The notes under the pieces were generated by a model, which saw only the letters and a program-made list of their open reading frames with translations, made no database searches and was not told the DNA's origin. The translations under genes and the position numbers were made by a program. Shown in pieces: positions 57,980 through 64,000 of a stretch of DNA of 64,000 nt. The DNA comes from Setoptus koraiensis. Its lineage: Eukaryota; Animalia; Arthropoda. Every line of letters begins with the position of its first letter. Position 1 is the stretch's first letter. Location: the NCBI GenBank assembly GCA_048013815.1, contig CM106586.1:11718001-11782000 (forward strand), given 5' to 3'.

Positions 57980-59652
57980 CTCGAAATAAGTTGTTCCGTT
58001 GTCAAACGTTCAGATTTATCGAGATGTGTTCACAATAAATGTGCTATAATTGTATCGAGTTTGGTCTAATTATTTATTATTCATCTATGCAGTTTCCTTG
58101 ATAATTATATGAGAATGACGATAGAAACAATTTATGCATAGGTAAATCTGGTGGAGAGTGCAATTTGTTTGTCCCAAATGTCCTCTAGCGCTAGTTCAAA
58201 GATTCAAGGATCACTCTTTAGGTGTATGTCTGTTTACTGTTTGTTTGGATCTTCTGCTGTGAAAACCATAGACCTTTCAATTATATAAATGCATTCAGCA
58301 CGCGACACACCGAGTATGCCTCTCGAATGATTAGCCGCACTCGCTCACAGCGACGCCTTCAAAGGGCATTGAAATCGATAAACCGCTGACCTCAACTAAC
58401 TCAAGTAAAACCTCATATTCATGGCGAGACATGACATTTAACATTGTCAAACAAAATCACCAACTGATGTGGCACGCTCATCAATAAATTTATTCTTTCC
58501 TGGTCCAGTGTCTTTGACTTTAAACAATCATGAACTTTTCACTTGTGAGTCCAGATCACTAGAACACATGGTGTTTCGGTGCATCTGCATGGTATACGTG
58601 GTTGACATGGAATTTCATGCGAAAAGAATTTTCGGGGGATTTCGAAAAATCTGAAGGATGGATGGGCTACACCAAACCAATACGATTATTTTATGGTCTG
58701 AGTTAGTGTTCTGGTAGAAATAGTGCAAACTCCAGGTTTATGCACCCCGACTTCCGTCCACTTTCGTCCAGGGTTTGAACCGTTTCGACCGTTTCATCCA
58801 GTTTGACGAAATGGACGAAATGGTCGGAATGGGTGAAAGTGGCCTAACCATTGAGTTTTCACCTGGACAGCGCGTGTCTGACGATGATTTGAGATGATGA
58901 TGGTCAAATATCATTATTTCGTTACTTTTTCGAAGAATGAGTAATTGCCAAAGTATTCAGTAAATCTCAAATAAACTAATTCTATATTCTTCAGACGAAT
59001 AGAAGCAAACCAATTAATTAAAAAAAAAATAATAATGACGTGACTATTCCAGAAATACGACTTAAGTTGAGGTTTTAGTATACCTTTTCTTGCTCAGTTC
59101 GACCAGGAGAGAAAATTTAGACTATAGCCAGTTGGATGCCGTTAATGAGGTTTACCTTGTGAGTGTATCACTTGAGATGGCTTCCTTGTTACTTACAAAC
59201 TGTGATTTTAGTTTAGTTAGATCTGATAGGCTATCATATTTATCAAATATTCGAAAAAAGCGAGCTCTCCGCACTAACCTTCTAACGAAACTTTACCATT
59301 CGAACAATTTCACACATCAATAGCCGTCGATTTCGTCGACTCTAATGATATTATTTGTCGTTTTGAATAGGGAGGCGAACTCTGTATTTAATATTTTTTT
59401 TAATTCAGCACTCAGAAATCGATTTTTCTCAAAACTTCTAAAGAAAATAAAGAACGGTTGCAAGTCGCGTCCCAATAGTTCCATCAGTTCCAACGACAAG
59501 GAAAGATGATGAGATAAGCTCCGGAAGTGCATATCCTCTACACTAAAGACAATAGTTTGTAAATAGACCACATTGGAGTCAATTCATTTTTCTATCAACG
59601 AGAGGCACCGTCATGCATAAGCTTGTATTATTTTCTAACGATGGTGGTAGTT

Positions 59653-61776
59653 TCACCTACGATTCAAATTGATAAGCACCAGGCCTACTGAAATAGTCCA
59701 GGTTATTATCTAGAAAATTTTTGTTTGATGATTTGATTTGAATATAAGAGGAGGAATGATCGATCTGGTTAGGTCACTATTGATTTTTTTTGTTGTCACA
59801 GTTTGAGTTTTTAGTCTTTTCTCTCTTCTAGGAATTGTCATTGTGCTTACTGAGACGAAGCTACTCCATGCCATTGTGAATTGGCCTAAACAGGTGAAAG
59901 TACAACGAAATCTAGGAAAATAATGTTCGTAAACCAAATTCCAGCGCCTCTTCGTGGCAGTGTTATTATCACGAGCAACAAAACTGTTAATTTTTGGATA
60001 TAATGTCATCACCAATGATTTGACTATGTCTGTAATTGAGAATATACTTATGAAAATGAATGTAGCAGCCCCAAAAAATATAATTATCACTAATAGGCCC
60101 GCCTCGTTTTCGTGTACCCTGAACAAGCCGACTGCTATCACTATCGACGCGTATTCAATTGAGCCCAGAAAAACAACGAGAAATATTATGTAACTGGCCA
60201 GGTGATCAACGTGTTCTATATAAGCGAAAAAGTCTAGAAGCTCGTTTTGCAGATCATAAATTGTTTTTGATGGTAGCCTCAGATCGTCGTTGAATAAATT
60301 GATGTCAACTGATGTTATATAGAGATCTTGGCTATCATTCGTGGTTAGATTGTGTCGATCAATGTCTTCGTTGCACAAAAAAAATATCTGCTCTTGTTTC
60401 CGACTATTTTCCTCTAGACAAGAAGCTTGATGGTTGATAGTAGCCGTATAGGTGGTGGTGGTGGTCTTTTTGCATTCGATTGATGAGAGCTTCATGTCAT
60501 AACTTCTAATTAGATTGACTAATTTCGCATTGATATGTCTGGCCTGAATGACAATATCATAGACGAGCGTCATAAAAAATAATATTTCAAACCACACGGC
60601 TATGCAACTGTCGGCTATAAACATGACCGTCTCAAAGAAATCACTCGCAGCTCTAATGTGTAGATAGATTATTCCGGGTTTTTTACAATTTTTCGGATAA
60701 CGTTTCTCGTAATCAAAAGCTTCCTCTGGCGTGACCAACAATAAGAATAAGACAGCACAAAACAGTGAGATTAAAAGAATGAATCTAAGCGCCCTAGATA
60801 AATAGGCTCTGATGCTGATACTTCTTTTTTCCGCCAACAATTTTCTCTTTTTCTCCCTTTGAGTTATGTATTGATCAGATCGGAGATTGTGTTCATCCAT
60901 TTCATTTTTTTCATTTAATAACGATAATTGTTTTCGTTTTAAAATTGTGGTTGTTGTCTCCTCAATGTGTTTGCTACTGTTCCAATTTTCATCTTCTCTT
61001 AGTAATTTCTTATACATGTGACAATTGCTCTTATATAGATGCCAACTGTAAATACTATCGCATTGTATAAAGTGTGGACAACTAGTATCTTGATATGTGT
61101 TGGTTATTCTGTCCCATGACATAATATCATGTTTAAAGGTATCATGGTAACGTTGTGAAGCTCTCTGTAAAGCTAGCTGCCAATTGCTATTAGTGTCATT
61201 GCAAAGATCACATTCGAACGCCAATCTCGATCCAATTTTGTACTTTTTAATAGTTGGCTTCCTGTCAGGCTCTAAGTAACTATCAGGTAAAAAACAGAGA
61301 GCTAGATCCTTATCAACGAATTCATCGCGCTTGTAGTAAAAGTTATAAAATCTGGTCATCAGATGTAACAAACTAGCGACAAACTGAATAAGTGCAATCA
61401 CCTTAAAGTCACTTTCGTCTAAATTTGAACCAGGCAATATAAGTCTGCCTGGTATCAGACATGTTAGAAGGTAGTGTGTATGAAGTGCAGGCAAGAGTGA
61501 TAAGATTAGTATAGTGGCATACTTCAAAACGGTAGCCACATAATATAAACAGGTGCCAATCTCATATACTCGATAAATCCAGGGCAGCTTCATGTTGAAT
61601 CGTTTTTCCATGCAAGCAAATACAATCATCAATCTGATGGATTCATTAAGAGCAGGATTTACAATTGAATCTGTCAAATCCACATCATCATCGCCTGGGT
61701 TGGCTATAAGACCTCTTTTTCTTCTATTGTTGTCGGCTGTTGGTCTCTTTGCATTGGGTGCACTCGCATCGGTCAT
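59653..61776 (-). CDS. Gustatory-receptor-like multi-pass protein; exon 1 61776-59851, exon 2 59709-59653 (~659 aa)
   Basis: About 7 hydrophobic segments; C-terminal FTCLGQFTMAWSSFVS followed by a phase-0 141-bp GTAAGC...TAG intron and a hydrophobic last exon IITWTISVGLVLINLNRR*, matching the GR TM7 layout. Family call is inference. Confidence 0.6.
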
Positions 61777-64000
61777 CCTTATACAATCTATTGTGTCCTT
61801 TCTAACTTTTTAATATTTATCAGAAATAGCGCGCAGCAATAGTTATGATACATTTGTTGGAGCTCTTTCTCATCTATTTCTCGTCCGAAGAAAGCACATT
61901 AGATTTTGTCTATCGTTTGTGAGCAGATTACAATTGGTTGATAAATAACTTTTAAAACGTTGACACTTTAACAAATTGATTCTATTTTCCCTTAATCGAC
62001 GCACATATCTGATCAATCTGATGAAGAAGTGTATCAAAATTTCTTGGCTGACTTTTGTCCGATGATCCCGCACATTGAATTGACGCACAAAAAAATTATC
62101 AAGAGTTGTATGCTATTTCCTACATGTAAGCTATTCACATGTATTTTTGTACTCTTGTAAATTCGCTAAACTGACTGCGGAAGCATTGTGCGTAGATTCT
62201 CGCCTATACGTCTTCATCATGATCTTGAGTTTTTTTACAATCGAACTGCTAGAACACTACTGTGACCACATTTAATGGATGAAGGTTACGCAATGCTCGT
62301 GGTATAAGTTACTTATGGTGTCATAGTGTTCGTGTGGAAATGTATTTATGCGGAACAGCATGAGTAATTGCTAACACACACAAACTTTGCAGAGTATCCC
62401 TTAGATATATTATATGATATTATATGATATATTATGTTATTGAATTGTAAATAGTCGCTAGAAACAATTGAAGGGTAACCACACGCTAGTGTGCAAATAT
62501 AATTCTATCCATTGGAATATCGAAATGAAGTTTTAGTCGTAGAAGCTATATTTACATGCGCTCTAAAACACTGGAAACTTTCAGCTCATTTTGAGTTTGG
62601 GCCTACCATTCAGCCACCGAGCAGGGGTCAAAGTTTTATTATTGCGAATGTTATTCATTAGGTGCAATCATCATGCAACTAGGTGAATAACAATTGAAAA
62701 CAACAGAAATAGTTTCATTGATGATATATCACGGACAACACCCTCAGCCTCACATATGATTTGTACTGGCTCTTATGAGTTGTGTGCCTTTAGATCATAA
62801 ACACGAACAGTTCCATCAACTGATCTGGCCAGTACTACATCGTGACAAATACATATGAATAGGGCCGGGCTCAGAAATCTTTTCAATATTTTTCCTGTGG
62901 TAACATCACAAATGATAATATTCTTACACTGTATATTTGCCACAAGCTAACTTCCAACAATCTAATTCAGCTCAACAATCTATAAGGCCTCTCGAGTGTT
63001 CAGGAGATGTTTTGGTAAGGAGTTGTGTGATCGCATTCCAGAGTTTAATTGAGCGATTGCTACAAGAGCATCCTGACCATCAGCTAATTTGGTTGTGTTC
63101 CAGGATCGTGTGAGGTTTGAGGTATTTTTGTTCAAGCAGTAATCAAATACCGAGATGTAAGTTATGATGCTGAACGTTTTCAATCGTCGATATCTCCAGC
63201 ATGGGATGAATCGGCAAGTTGCATCTTGTCGCTATGCAATATGCAAGCCACGTTGTTTCTCTTTGTTTCAAATTTTGTCCATTTGTGATAATGGGTCGGC
63301 AAGTTATCTTATCGGAGGGGCCGAATTGAGGCCCTTTTGAAAGAAAGAGGTCATATTCCATCATTCTGAGAGAGTTAAAAGAGGAGAATTTCATTGTATC
63401 CAAAGGTTCTATATCTGCAATTAAGAATTCAATGGGAAAAGTCAGGGTCCGGCTCGGTAGATTCATGAGAAAGAATAAAATGTGAAAAAAACGCAGAAAA
63501 TACCGAGGTGGACCTCAAATCGCAGACAGAGGAGTCCTTTTTTGCTCACTCGGCATGATTTGTTCACACTCTGTGCCGAACATCCTTCGATGATCAGTCT
63601 GAAAATACCTCTTCCATATGAAGGCCCGAAAGTCTATCTTGTTTTAGATTGTTTTCTTTTGTTTGAGGCGTGTCAGGCATCACTTCAGGTAGCACAATCT
63701 CCATCCGTCCAACTTATATCGTTACCGCTTGGTGAAGTTTCCCGGAGTCTCTTTGAATGGGTCCTCACTGTGGCCCTTAAGTCACATAGACTTAAAAGAA
63801 GCATGAATCGACTTGGTTTGTTCTGCACTAAAATATGTCAATAAAATAAAGATAGAAAGTATTTCCAAGAAAGCCAAAAATGAAAAAAACACATTTTCTT
63901 GCAGGTTTGGACCCAATTTGGGGTCCCATCGCTTTGACACGCAGCCCTTACAGCCGGCCCGCCTAATATTGAAGCTGGTCTCAGCCAACTAAAATAGTGA

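Noticed and set aside
1-64000. CRISPR arrays, rRNA, tRNA genes, known miRNAs, prokaryotic operons
   Set aside because: None recognised by eye; the tandem repeats lack unique spacers. A covariance-model scan would be needed to exclude ncRNAs.

Overview
Eukaryotic (animal, probably a compact mite-like arthropod; taxon is inference) genomic scaffold with one 500-N gap (27641-28140). The left 27.6 kb is a rearranged tandem duplication. Copy 1 (~146-8426) has an intronless ankyrin+DHHC palmitoyltransferase, a single-TM protein with a (KSA)n tail, and a cluster of small Cys-containing single-TM ORFs. Copy 2 (~10310-27640) has a 2.6-kb deletion that fuses the ankyrin N-terminus in frame to the KSA tail, a 528-bp hAT-type MITE (8-bp TSD), and a complete 10,356-bp Ty3/Gypsy LTR retrotransposon (apparently identical 508-bp LTRs, 4-bp TSD, tRNA-iMet PBS, -1 frameshift). 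Copy 1 supplies the empty sites for both insertions. The retrotransposon is the most unusual object: its native RNase H has lost its catalytic residues and is followed by an intact cellular-type RNase H1, its integrase has a ~690-aa repetitive tail, and it carries a 699-aa antisense ORF with possible tandem papain/Ulp1-like folds and a C2H2-like finger. Right of the gap the sequence is gene-poor: a spliced multi-pass membrane gene, a Tc1-like remnant, a foldback/MITE-like element, small single-TM ORFs, a decayed duplicated exon pair and a long gustatory-receptor-like gene. No rRNA, tRNA gene or CRISPR array was recognised.
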